A stretch of 55,640 nucleotides of DNA, filler included, from Basidioascus undulatus (lineage: Eukaryota), in the NCBI GenBank assembly GCA_000826855.1. It is 3 parts of 3 records of this genome, joined end to end, with 100 filler letters (N's around TTAATTAATTAA, not from the genome) between each part and the next. Parts side by side here need not be neighbours in the genome. Positions count along the whole stretch, not along the records: positions 11,910 to 43,749 come from JTLS01000098.1; 2 more parts are not named here. One strand, written 5' to 3'. Shown here in pieces: positions 12,538-24,333 of this stretch. The notes under the pieces were generated by a model, which made no database searches, was not told the DNA's origin, and saw nothing but the letters and a program-made list of their open reading frames with translations. The first letter of the stretch is position 1, and every line of letters begins with the position of its first letter. A program made the position numbers and the translations under genes.

Positions 12538-14097
12538 CTACGGCATCACCTTTCGCAACTGACTACGAGAGACAGGCTGAAACGTAACCGGGCACCTCCC
12601 CTCCTTGTCGACGACCTCCCACACGGTCTTGTAGCTGTACACATATCCAGACGGCAGCGCCGTCGGGTTCTCGAGCGGCCTTCCCGAGATGGGGTCGATC
12701 CCGAACCGAAGGTGCTCGGGCGGGATCTTGCTCTCTGGGTGCGGCAGCAGCGGCTTGGGCGGCGGGACGGTCGGCTCGGCGGCTGCTTGCGCGGCCGCTG
12801 AGGACGCGCGCGGCGAAGCGGGCGAGTACCACCACTCGAGGAACTTGAGCGCGAAGAGCGTGAGCGGGAGAGCGGTCTTGAGCGAGGAGAGGAGGTACGA
12901 CGGCAGGTGAGAGAGATGGTGCGTTATGAGCGCGGGCAGCTCGCGGGGCGGTGGAGGCGCGGAGGGCGAAGGGGCGTTCATCGCTTGCTGTGAAAGAGAC
13001 CGAATGTACTCAATCAGTGCTTTGCAAGGCATTAGGACGGCGGTTGAGGGACGCACGTAGTCGGCTGCGGACAAGCGCCGGAGGTCGACGTTGAGCCAGC
13101 GGAGCCAGGGCCGGTAAAACGACGTGCGCCCGAAGAGGTAACGGAGGTTGTAGGCCAAGAGCCAGAATTCGAGCAGCGCATTGAGCGAGGGGTAGACACG
13201 CTTGAAAATTGTCTTGGCGCGCTCGGACAGTGGCGGCGGCTAGTTTCCAGCACGTCCAGCGTGCACATCAGCGTGTGCGCCTACACAGAAGGAAAGTAGG
13301 GAAGACCGATTCACAGGTGGTGGGGGTGGTGTTGAGCCGTCCGACGAAGGCTGTGGTGCGGGCGCAGCAACGAACAGGTCGTCCTCCAGCCCGCCGCCCC
13401 AGATCTCGTACAGCTCCTGGGCCTTGGCGCGCAGGTAGGGGAGTCCGACCTGTGAGCCATGAGACGCACTCAGTATCTTTCGTTCCCTGTCCGTGGAGCA
13501 GGGGATACACAGCGAAACACGGACCAGCAAGAACAAGCTCCCCCGCAGCTGAGCGGGGCTCAACTTCTCCAGATCCGCGCCCGGGGCCTTGGGGCCCAGC
13601 GCAGCCTGCGCGCGTACCAGCGGTACGCCGCGCGGGACCCGTCGCCGCTTCATGCCGTAGAAGTTCTCCGCGAAAGACGCGCCTGGGGTCGGTTGCGTGA
13701 GGTGACAGGGGACGGTGAGTGGACGAGCAGGATGCTCACTCCCCTGAGCAGACGGATGGGGAAGATGAAGGACGGACCATAATTCTGGAGGTAGTGTCGC
13801 TCGATGAAGAACATCAGTCCCGCATAGAACTCTTCGTGCCGGTTGACGATGCGGATGAGGTAGCGCGGATAACGCGTGGCGAGGACCTACACGGTTGTGC
13901 CCCACAGCCAGCGATGAGTTCTCTTTCTCCGACCTCCCACATGGTGGTGCATGTTGATGCTGAACGATGGCACGCACCGAGAGCACGTATTTGAGCGCAG
14001 GCTGGAGGAGCTGGACGAGCTGCTCCTGCGCGAGGAGCTCGAACAGCGACGGCCGGTCGACGTCCGCCGCGGAGCCGAGGTTCGCTTGGTACTCCAT
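12538..14097 (-). CDS. PEX12: Peroxin Pex12 (RING peroxin) with degenerate C-terminal RING; multi-exon
   Basis: RPSLFELLAQEQLVQLLQPALKYVL, ATRYPRYLIRIVNRHEEFY, GASFAENFYGMKRRR, VGLPYLRAKA, LKFLEWWYSPASP, VPPP and NPTALPSGYV...CPVT...LRKV are all Pex12 hallmarks. Confidence 0.95.
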
Positions 14098-15029
14098 AAC
14101 CCGCCGAGAACAAAGTGGCTTTCTTTGCGTCGCTAAATCGGAAGAACGAGCGCAGGTGAACGATCGACGACACTCGTTGGCGAGGTGCGCGAAGACGATC
14201 TGGGCGGCACTGACGAGGTGGACTTGGCTCGCCGCGCGTGATACGTTTCAAGGCGCGCCGATACCTAGAGCAGCGTGTTCGATTTGGGTTCAAATAGCAA
14301 GTGGGAATGCGAGTGCGGACAACGTGAGCTCGCGATAAGATGAGAGAAGCAGAAAGAGCAAGGCGAAGGCGAGGCGGGAAGATGACGCCGACAGGCTCGC
14401 TCGCTCGCCGGCTTCGACTTCGCCGGACGTCTGCGCTCCCTGACCACGCGGCTCGCTTCCATCCCCTCCAGCACAACACAACACTGCGGATCGCCTGAAA
14501 TCTGTCTCAAATCTACATTACTTACGGAGTAGTTACTCAGACCACAGTAGTCCGCAGACCCAAAGCACACCATCCCAGCCTGACTGCCAGTGTCTATTCG
14601 CATAGTGCTTCTCCTTCATTTTTTCTCATCATCTCCCTCTCCCCAAAATATCAAACCGAATACTAGAAAGTCCATGTGCTACATTCTTCTCTTCTCAAAT
14701 ATGTCAAGATCATGATCAGAAAGGAGAATTAGGAAAGAGCGGGGAGTGGGAGCCCTACATCGTGTTAAAGGGGAGGGGAGGAGCGGTGTGCTATAGTTAC
14801 ACAACAACAAGAACGAGTTAGAAGGAAACGAAGAGGGTGGAAAATAGGCGTTCGCGAAAGTGGGACGAAAGTGAAGGTCAAGAAGTGGGGCGTTAGAGTA
14901 GGGCGAGGTGGGCGGGGCGGTCATAGCTCATAGCGTATCAAAAAGAGGGGAGGGCGTGGAGAAAAGCATAAAGTAAAGCGTGTGCGTGTGCGTAGGGAAA
15001 TAGTGAATGAGGAGGGGACGGAGCGAGGC

Positions 15030-15245
15030 TCAATGCGTCGTCCGGACCTTCGCGCGCCTAGGCCTGTTCGCCGCAACGGTCTTGCGCACGGCAGTAGTCG
15101 ACCTCGTCGCCGGCCTCTTAGTCCGCACCTCCTTAACCTCCTCCTCCTCCTCCTGCTCTTCCCCATCCTGCTCTTCCTCCTCCTCCACCACCTCCCTCTT
15201 CCCCCTCTTGTCCCGCCTGCCGCGCTCCTCGGCCTTCCGCTTACG
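15030..15245 (-). CDS. Orphan 3' end of an unidentified charged, probably nuclear protein, abutting the PEX3 intron
   Basis: RKRKAEERGRRDKRGKREVVEEEEEQDGEEQEEEEEVKEVRTKRPATRSTTAVRKTVAANRPRRAKVRTTH*, followed by 3'UTR-like sequence. It is not Pex3-like. Confidence 0.5.
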   Translation of the reverse strand, partial: RKRKAEERGRRDKRGKREVVEEEEEQDGEEQEEEEEVKEVRTKRPATRSTTAVRKTVAANRPRRAKVRTTH

Positions 15246-15287
15246 GGAGGGGGAGGAGGAGGGGGAGAGAAGGGGTTGGGAACACAC

Positions 15288-15451
15288 TTTTCTTTCGCGG
15301 TCCGCTCGCGCTGAGACTCGTCCTGGAACTCTGCGAGCTTGGAAGACGCGTACTGGGCTAGGAGGTACGTCCCGACCGCAAGGCCGGCGAGGATGCCGAG
15401 CCCGCGCCGCCGGTCGTACACGGCTTTTCGCAGTCTCGCAAACAGCGGCAT
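15288..15451 (-). CDS. PEX3: Peroxin Pex3, first exon only
   Basis: MPLFARLRKAVYDRRRGLGILAGLAVGTYLLAQYASSKLAEFQDESQRERTAKE(N) has the basic cluster, single TM and ERxAKEN pattern of the Pex3 N-terminus. It is followed by a GTGTGT donor, and no further Pex3 sequence is seen. Confidence 0.8.
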
Positions 15452-15726
15452 GCCGGGGTCTGCTGGGGGTGGAGGTGGTGTGCGGGAGATGTTGATGGTT
15501 TGATGGGAAGGGGCAGAGAAGGGGAAAAGGGAGAGCGGAAAGGAAGGCGGTCAAGCGACCTTCCGGCACCCGCTATCTCGAAGCCCGGGTCATATTCCGC
15601 GGATGACCGAGGGAGACACAAGGGCGCCGCCCCCGGACCAACCCGCTCGCCCTGCTTCGCTCCCGACGCTCATCACCAGCACCCTCGCACCCCCTTCCCC
15701 TCACATTCACCCGTATATCATCCACA
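15452..15726. promoter_or_regulatory. Probable bidirectional promoter between PEX3 and the NUUM-like gene
   Basis: Two divergent start codons 275 bp apart, each preceded by a C/T-rich leader. Inferred from arrangement only. Confidence 0.5.
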
Positions 15727-16447
15727 ATGGTGCATCGCTCACGCACACCACTCTCATTTTCGGCGCAGTAACGCTGATTACTCTGTGGGGGATATTGTAG
15801 GGCGGCGGCGCGCGTTTCCCTTACCCCAAGGAAGTCTGGTCTCCCGCCGGTGCATCTTCCCTCGTCCCTTCCGTCGCGTTTCATTTTGGTGCTGAAGACT
15901 GCTCGGTGTGGGGTGTGGGACACAGGTGGCTGGTGGACCCAGCCCAAGAACTGGAAGTCCAACACCGCCGTCGTCTTCACCATGATCGGCGTCGCGACCT
16001 ACGCCGTCTGGCAGATCTCGGCTGAGAAGGAGGTGCGCTCTTCCCCCTCCCCTTCCTCGCTCTTACCCTTCAAACCACACACAGCGGGACTTTGTGAGAC
16101 TGACCACTCCTTCCCCTCCCTGTCTCCGACGAATCAGGAGCGGCACCGCGCGCCTCACCGCTGGATCCCTGTCCGTCTTCCTCCCTTCCCCTCTCCTCAC
16201 CACCCTCATCTTCCTTAGCCATTACTAACTCCTACTCTCCTCCCTCCTGCGCCCATCAACCAGAGCATGCTCGTCCGTCGTGCCCTGCCCTCCCTACACT
16301 TTCCCGCTCTTATCTCCCATCCCCCACTGACGCTGATCAACCCCACACCTCGGATTGGCGTACCAGTGGGCCCGCCAGTTCCGGGAGGGCGAGCTCCGCA
16401 TCCGGCACGAGGAGGCGCCTGCGTCTTCTTCTGCGGCGCACCACTAG
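15727..16447 (+). CDS. Small conserved single-TM fungal protein, likely mitochondrial complex I accessory subunit (NUUM-like)
   Basis: Spliced: M|GGGARFPYPKEVWSPA|GGWWTQPKNWKSNTAVVFTMIGVATYAVWQISAEKE|ERHRAPHRWIP|SML|WARQFREGELRIRHEEAPASSSAAHH*. The PYPKxVWSPAGGW..QP.NW..NT motif is a conserved fungal family. The gene model is solid; the NUUM assignment is from memory and less certain. Confidence 0.7.
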
Positions 16448-16658
16448 ATTGGAGGGTGCAGAGGAGGAGCGGGAGGGACGGAGGTGCATAGGAGGATAAG
16501 GGTGGACCGCATGGCATGGCATACCAGAGACGCTTTCGCTTTCGTCGCTTTGCTTCCTTGGTCTGCTCGCGCAATGCACGGTCGGCCCGAGCAACGTCGA
16601 TCCTTCCTCAGAGCTAAACGACACCACATGCACGAAATTTGTCCATCCATCCGCTCGA

Positions 16659-17807
16659 TCACTCATCCTCCCCCGTCCGCGCCCCCACCCGCTCAAACAC
16701 CGCCACCCACATATACGCGCTCGTCGCAACGTAGCCCCACCTAAACCAAACCATCTGGCTCCAGTGCTGGAGCATCGCGTGGACGTTCGCCGCCCACCCT
16801 GCCGGGCCGTTGACGAATGTCAGGCTGTCCGGGATGCTTTCCTTCTCCCCCTCCCCCTCTCCCTCTTCCTCCTCTTTCTCTCCTTTTGCGTTCTCCGCCG
16901 GCTCCGTCGCCGGGATGGACGGCAGCAAGACGTCCGCGAGCGAGAGGGCTAGTGGGACAATGCCGCCCGCGTACTTGAGCGGCAGTGGGAGGGTGCGGAG
17001 CGCGTAGACGTGCGGGTTGAGCGGCGTGCGCTGGAGGAGCTGCGCGGCGCGGTAGAGCGCGATATGGTTCAGGTGCTGCGAGACGCCGTGCACGTCGAAA
17101 GTCAAAATCTGCTCGGGTGGAGCCAGCGGGTGTGAACTACGAGCGCATGACAGGAGAGGCGAAAGGACGGGGGTGGAAGAGAAGACACACAGCCCCAATC
17201 TCGTGCGCCTCTAGTATTTCCGCGACAAGCTCGGCGATCGTCTCTACGTCCCAGTCGACGTCCATCCCGTCCTGCAGCTCGCTGTTCCGCGCCCCGCCCC
17301 GTCCGCCTATGTCAGCTTGCCTTTCCTCTCCTTCTCCAGCGTTAGCGATGTGAGATGCCCGCACGGATGGTCAACCACCACCACCCGCTCCCTATGCACG
17401 CCCAAGCGCGCATACGATCGGAACAGCTCGTCCTTCCTCGTCTTTCCGAGTCCGTCGGCATTGCCTTTGCCCCCCCGCCGCCCCGTTAATGCCTCGTTCT
17501 TGCTCCCCTTCTTGCTTCGTTCCAACTCACCGACGCTCAAACACATGCCCCACACCTCCACTCCCGCCTTCCCCTCCCCCTCTTCCTCTTGCTCCTCTCC
17601 CGCCTTCCGGGCAGAAGCCAGCGCCCGTACCGCCGGCCCAAAGAACATGCACTCGTCGTCCGGGTGCGCGGTGAGGACGAGCACGCGCCTGCGCCTTGCC
17701 GGTGCGCGGAGGAGCGCGCGGAGGGCGCGCGTGGAGTGCGGTGCGAAGAAGGAGTGCGTGCGGAGGAGGAGGAGGGTGAGGGGGAGGATGAGGAACATGA
17801 GGAACAT
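16659..17807 (-). CDS. GPI12: N-acetylglucosaminyl-phosphatidylinositol de-N-acetylase (Gpi12/PIG-L)
   Basis: N-terminal TM; VLTAHPDDECMFFGP; CLSVG|NADGLGKTRKDEL; LQDGM; ILTFDVHGVSQHLNH; AMLQHWSQMVWFRW. Confidence 0.95.
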
Positions 17808-18276
17808 GATGCGTTGATCCGGCCGGGAGTACGGGAGCGGCGAGGAAACGGGGCTGGTGGGTGGAAGAAGAAAAGACAGAATGGGCGATGGAAAGCGGGG
17901 TTTTGAGGACTGGGGCGCAGTCGCCAGCACCCAAGTCTGCGTTGAAGAAGGGAGATGGAAGAAGGGGTCGGAAAAAGATAAGAGACGCGGCGAGGACGCG
18001 TTTCGCATTTCGCCGAGGCCAAGCTCGCCAGATTCATTGTTTCCCTTCTGAACTCTTCAGCGTGTGGCAAAGATTATTTGGTTGACTTGCACAATGCATC
18101 TTCGGAAATCAGTTCGTGTTCACAGACGTTTACTAACGTGAGGCAGGCAGGACAGCGCATCTTCACACCACCTTGCACCCCCACGCTGCTGGCAGAGCCT
18201 TCTCGCGTCTCACATCGCACACTTTCTACAGGGTATCAATCCGAATCCATGCTTCCCGCCAACCCATACAAGTAGC

Positions 18277-19096
18277 TCATGACGCCGACGGCGGCGCAGC
18301 CTGTTTCGCGGCCGTTGCGGCGGCCCCGCCGAGGACGCCGGGGTTCTTGAGGAAGAGGGGGAGGTAGCTGTTGAGGGTGAAGAGGAGATGTCAACATCGC
18401 GACGTCGCGACCTTGCCTGCCGAGTAATGGGATAACTGACGAGGTGAGGAGGGAGCCGATGGCAAGGCTATCGGATGGAAGGACGGAGGGGAGGTCAGTC
18501 GGGAAACGCAATGGGAAGGAGGGGGATGGGGAAAGGAGGAAAGGCGGAAGGCGGAAGGCGGAAGGAGGGAAGAGGAAGGACGTACATGAGCGCACTCCAC
18601 GGGCTGGTCCCCTCGTTGCACCGGAGCGGGGAGTAGTTGACCCAGGCAATGGCGGCCATCGCGAGCGCCGGCCAAGTCAAGCTGCCCATCCCGCTCGTCT
18701 CACGTTAGACCCTGTATCCTTCCCCTGCAATGTAAGGTGATACAAGGCGATAACTTACTGCCACGCCTTCATCATCGCCGCCGCGCCCGCAACGTACATC
18801 CTATTCCATCCGTTCCGCAGGATCAGCTTCCCCTGCGCCTCGCCCCGCCCCCGTCCGCCGAGGCTCAACGCACACGCTGTTTGCCGCCAAGTCCGCACTT
18901 CCCCACCCCAACCCATACCAGCATCAGCATTGCTCCCACTCTCGGAGCTGGACCCCGAGAACACTCACATCTGCGACGACACGCTTGGCTCACGGAAGGA
19001 CGCGGGGAGGGAGAACGGCACGGCCTCGTCCGGTCGCACGGGGTCGGTCTTGTCCACGCGCGGGACGAGCGTCGTCAGGGAGCCATGGCCGGACAT
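18277..19096 (-). CDS. Asterix/PAT10 (WDR83OS, UPF0139)-like ER membrane chaperone subunit; multi-exon
   Basis: Spliced: MSGHGSLTTLVPRVDKTDPVRPDEAVPFSLPASFREPSVSSQIVMYVAGAAAMMKAWHLTWPALAMAAIAWVNYSPLRCNEGTSPWSALILAIGSLLTSYLPLFLKNP... The DPxRP motif, three short hydrophobic helices, MK...W.A......N and LxIxxxxxSYL match the Asterix pattern. No single ORF in the track shows it. Confidence 0.7.
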
Positions 19097-21342
19097 TGCG
19101 ATGAGAGTATGGGAGGTTGGTAGGTGCGAAGAGAGAAGGCGGTGATGGGAGAGAGGGAGCTTTGGTGCCTGGCTGGTGGGGCGGCTTCGGGCCGACGCGT
19201 GACGACGGGTGGGTCGCGGATCATCCGGCTGTCATTGGCTGTTGATGTTTTTTTTTTCTTGGCGCCCGGTGTGTAATGTCGATCCAAACCCTCATACTGA
19301 GTAGGTCCACTTGGAGGCCAACAAAAAAGGTTGGTAGCAAAATAACTGTTAACTTCAAATATGGAAATTGACTTTGGACAAGGCAAGAGGTCATGAGAAT
19401 GCAAGGGAGGAAAAGTTTAGGCCTTCTGGTACAGCCGTTACCACCCCCCCCAAGAAAGAGCGTCTTCCAGGAGTGCCTTGAAAGACTTCCCGTTTTTTTT
19501 TCCTGTTCGTGATGTAGGAATGTCAATGACAGCAGGTGACAGGGGCTACGGATAATACTTGGGTAAAATTCAGCAGGCGATAGACGACTCGCGGGGTGGC
19601 GTGAGTTCGATTTGCACTGTATGTAATGAAAATCATCTCTAGCCTTCACAAACCATGTCCCTATGCAGCCTACTGTCTTTCTCGAGTCTGTCGCCGGGGA
19701 AAGGTATACACAAGTGGACACTCACCGAGATCCTTCAACCACAAACGTCACGTCTTCATACAACTGCATTGTTGGTAAGGACTTCCAAGCGGGAAGTTGG
19801 ACATCTAGAGAGAGCAGAGGAAGTGTATGTAAGCGGTCTTGCTTCGTAAGAGGGCTTCTGGGAGGTGTCAGTGCTCTACAGGTTCACATCGTACAAGCTG
19901 CAGCTGACAGTCCATGCATTGTTAATGGCCCTACAGCGCCCAAGAGTGCATTGGGTAAGTGACATTGAGGCACTTGGAAAGTATCGTTGTTAGATTCAGG
20001 GCTTCATGGCGACCGATTGTCCAATGCAAGCGGCAATGGGCCGTTGGTCACAGATCTCAGCAACGCCTGACTCGATCGTCGGTGCCCGAATTGATCATCA
20101 CACAAAAGTGTTTGCATAGTATTCTATCGGATACAAGAGTTCGTGTCTATTCATCTCCCCGAAACTCCTTTCTGTGTAGAGAGGATATCGAGCACGACGA
20201 TGTAATGCAGCACGCTGTGTCACAGTTTCGCAGTCCACGTTCTTCCCCAACACCAACCGCTGGCCTTCAAAGACAAGGAGCGTCACTGGACTGTCATGTT
20301 GCAGTCTCAGATTAACAGCACCGACAGTTCCCGTCGCATTATTCACATACATTCAGCCAAGTTCACCATCGCTCAGCATTCTCAAACATTCTTCTGTTGT
20401 TTAAGGCTGTTGATTCCGAGCGTGACAATAATTGAAAGCACATGACAGGCAAGTGACAGCATGTTGGAACAGACTCGCTCGTAGTGCTGGCACTCAACTA
20501 CACGAGCAAGACGCGAATGCAGCGAACCGGTACACTTCATTCCATGCGTCTGCGCATCAAAGCGAGCAATATGCACTTTTTGACTTGGCAGGTATTTTAT
20601 GTAGGAGGTCTAATACCTCCCATTCCTTTATGCATCACGGCTTCCCCAAGTACCATGAATTCCCCAAGCCTTTTACTTTCGCCTGGTGGTCCGCTACGTT
20701 GTTGACTGTCAGCCGATGCTTGTGTGACCCACCCAACTCCCGGGTCCTAGCTGTTACATGCCGAGGAATGCTTTAGAGCCATTCATACCGGAATCTATGT
20801 CTATCAGGAGTCAGGACACATCAAGGACTGAAAGCTGGAGCGAACCGCCGGAGGAGTGTCGAGAGAATAGGATGGTTTAATCATTCTGCCTCGCCGAACA
20901 CTTCTCGAGGTTTTGGAAATTCATTGTCTCATGAGTACACAGAGCTTCCCCCAAGGACCGTTAGAGCAACGAAAATGACTCGGCCACCCTGGGTAACATG
21001 CTACTGGCTCGCTGACGCCGAGCTACTATCCGTGTGCAGGCAAAGACATGGCAGGCGTATTTTGGGAGACTCGGGCGCAGCTCGGGTTGGCCCCGCACCT
21101 GTGTACACTCGGTGTACAAACGGAGCGTGCTCAACTGTCAATTTCTACCTGCTTTTATCTTGAAGTCGAGCACGCCTTCCTAGACATTGTTGATGTGCAG
21201 AAGCACGCTCTCTGCGGCCTTGCCGTTTTCACCGTACGCTGCCCGAATTCCTGGGACAGCGGCGATCAAAAGGGCAAGGGTGCCGCTCCGGCGATTCCTT
21301 CACCCCGTTCCCACTGCAGTCAATTTCTTGCAAAGGCACGCA

Positions 21343-24031
21343 ATGCCAGGACCCGTCCCGGTTCAACGACCTTTGCCCGCTTCCTCTGTGCACTCCGAGA
21401 AGGCCGTGAAGGACCACGGCGCTCGCGTCCAGCATCAGCCCGTTGCCGCTTCTCAGCAGGCTGACCAGTACCACCGCTTTCTCCTAGACCATTCCGACGT
21501 GCCTGAGGCGACGCCGGAGGAGAACGCAAAGGTCCGCAACAAGCTATTCAGGCGGATCGTGCCGGTCATCTTTGATCTCAACCTGCTTCTTTACATTGAT
21601 AAGGTAGCCTTTCTTCCTTCCTCGTATCCTCTTTGGCGCTTGCTGAATACCACGACCAGGCTTCTTTCAGGGTACACTCGGCAACGCCTCTATCCTGGGT
21701 ATCTTCGACGATACCCACCTGACGCAGGCACGATACGATGTGAGTATACCCATCATTTTACTGCAAAAACTTTCCAGCCGTTGATGGAAAACCTTATCAA
21801 AACCTCAGCACCTTCTTCTACGTTAGCTATGGTACATCTTTCTCTTCACTGAAGACTCATCCAATCTCGTACTGCAGGTCGGCTTCGGTGTCGGTCTATG
21901 CCGACGGGCTGGGCGTTGCAACGCTTCAAAGTCGGCAAATTCGTGACACTATGCGTGTTCCTCTGGGCGATCATCATCTGCCTACATCCGGTTTCCAAGT
22001 CGTATGCGGGCTTGGCTGTCCTCCGCACTGCATTGGGATTCGTCGAGTCTGCTGTTCTGCCTACGTGGAGTTGATTGTGTCACCCAGATCCGTCTTGGGA
22101 TTGACGCTTTATATCCTACCCACAGCAATAGTGATGATTTTGAACATGTGAGCACGTTCTAATAGCATTTCATGCGCTCCTCCTGACGCCATGTGTCGTG
22201 AAGGTATTTCACGCATCAAGAGCAAAACATTCACAGCAACCTTTGGTACGTCGCTTGCACCATCTCCGGTAAGCTCGGGCAGAAAGCCTCTCAAACCTGA
22301 TCTACTAAGCGTCTCATCCAACATTTCTCCGGCGTACCAACCGGCTTTATCAGCTACGGAGTGCTGCACTACCACGGTCACAACCTTCACACCTGGCAGC
22401 TCTTCTTCATCATTATCGGTCTCTTGACCTGTGTGCCTAGGATCCTATTCAACTCAATTTGGCTACACTGACAGTCCGCACAGTGGCCTTTGCCTTCGCT
22501 CTGCTCTTGCAAGTCCTCTCGACCACCGAACGAGGTACGTGACGAATACGCAATGTTCTCGTCCATGATAGTACTCAAGTTTAGTGGCTCTTCTTTCCAA
22601 AAGTGCATGCAGTCCGCCGTCTGCACACTAACGGCGGTTCGATCAAGCAGAAGACCTGGAAGCGCGAGCAGTTCATCGAGGCGCTGAAGGACTTAAAGTC
22701 ATGGTTCTTCATGTTGCACATCTTCTTGAACCAGCTCCGTAAGAGTGGGTAGACATAATATGCCGCTATCACGTCTTACTTACGCTGACACACCCCTTAG
22801 ACCTCGTTGCACAGAACAGTCTAATCGTGCGCTGCTGGTTCCTGCGAATGTCGCGATGGCCCTGCTCAATGTTCACTGCACGGGACTGCAGGTCGTTTCT
22901 TATGGTACCACCCTGCTGGTAGGTTTAACGGCAGACTTTTTACCCGAACATGCACTTGACGCCCTATCGCAGAACATCATCAACACCGGTGTATCTGTTG
23001 TTGCACAGGTAGCGGCGTCAGACATGCAAGCCCGCTGGAAAGTATACATGCCCAACTCCCTTCTATCAAGTAAGGTATGGCTGACACTGTCTGTTAGGGG
23101 AACGTGGCCTACATTGCTTCTTTCTGGTACCTCCCCAACCTGCTCGGAAGCATTCTGGAGGTTGCCCTGCCGTGGAGCAACAAGCCAGGCCTGCTCGCTG
23201 GACTGTACCTCTGCAACACATTCGTGAGCGTCCCTCTAATGATGATGCCGCTCGTACATGCCTGACAAAGTCGTACAGTGTATCCCTTGGGTGATGTGTC
23301 TCCTTTGGGCGGCTATGTGCGCGAACGGAAACACCAAGGTGCGCCTTGAAACGACCACCTCTTCCTCGATGCGTCGTTGGGCTGCCCGGATCAGCGCATC
23401 ACACAAACTAACATGTTCCTGTTTGCCTATGTCGTATATAACTTCATCTATCCTCAACTGTGGTAGATTCGTGGTGACATGCTTCTATTCGATAGACCCT
23501 CTCCGGATGCGCCGGGCTGACCATTCAAAGTGCCCAGACGAAGTATCAGCCTCGAAACTACGTGCCCGTATGCTCCTGAATTCTCTTATCCACCTCGTAA
23601 TGTGAGCTCAAACTGATATGTCCTTTTTACGCAGTGGGGCATCCAAATTGGAGTGCGTTTCATGCCTCTGCTCAGTCCGCAGTGCGGTCTTGCAATTTGG
23701 AACTGACTACTGACGACCACGATTCTGTAACCGACAGTTCGGCTTCATAGCGGCACCTCTTGTGCTCCTCTTCATCCGCTTCTACCTCGTCAACGAGAAG
23801 CAACCGTGCTCAGCTACTCGCTGCGCAGAGCGAGACGGCACAGCAAACCGAGGATCTTGGCCGAGTTCGCGAGGTCGGCGAGAACGGCAAGATCGTCGAG
23901 AAGATTGTTGACCGTTGGCTGCTCAATCTGGCCAGTCCCTTCGCGACATTGGAAGACTGGGCAAGTCTCGCTAACTAACCTCCGGATAAACACAGACTCA
24001 ACAAGACCTTTCGTTTGTGTACCCTCTTTAG
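21343..24031 (+). pseudogene. MFS transporter of the Dal5/allantoate permease (anion:cation symporter) family, apparently disrupted
   Basis: EENAKVRNKL...LLYIDK|GTLGNASILG, LQRFKVGKF, SYAGLAVLRTALGFVESAVLP, KTWKREQFIEALKDLKSW and C-terminal LSFVYPL*. Lesions: an expected acceptor reads CAA near 21799, and there is a frame change at about 23797-23805 (FYLVNE / RAQLLAAQ). Confidence 0.72.
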
Positions 24032-24333
24032 ACCCCCCATCTTGCGTGATCTTTCAGAGCATTCTGGGCTCCCTTCTATAAGCCGGCATTCTTAAATTGA
24101 AACGTGCTCCTAATGTGTTACAAGTGCTTGTGCTGCGATAGGAACGCGCTATCCACGTTTTGTGACGGAGCCAACTTATGTGGACCAATACGGGTGTGGA
24201 GCATGGCTGGCGGGTTGCAGCACCTTAAGAAAAGACAAGGAAGAAGGTAAGCAAACCTCGAAAAGACTCATACATCTACACTACGCCAGCGGAGGCCCTA
24301 TTTCAACAAGAGCAGCCTGTATCAACATGTTGC

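Noticed and set aside
12538..15451. PEX12-PEX3 as a peroxisome gene cluster
   Set aside because: The junction inside PEX3 looks chimeric, so the adjacency cannot be trusted without read evidence.
19221..21200. Numerous short ORFs in a lower-GC tract
   Set aside because: No recognisable domain or repeat structure; possibly very old relics, but unsupported.
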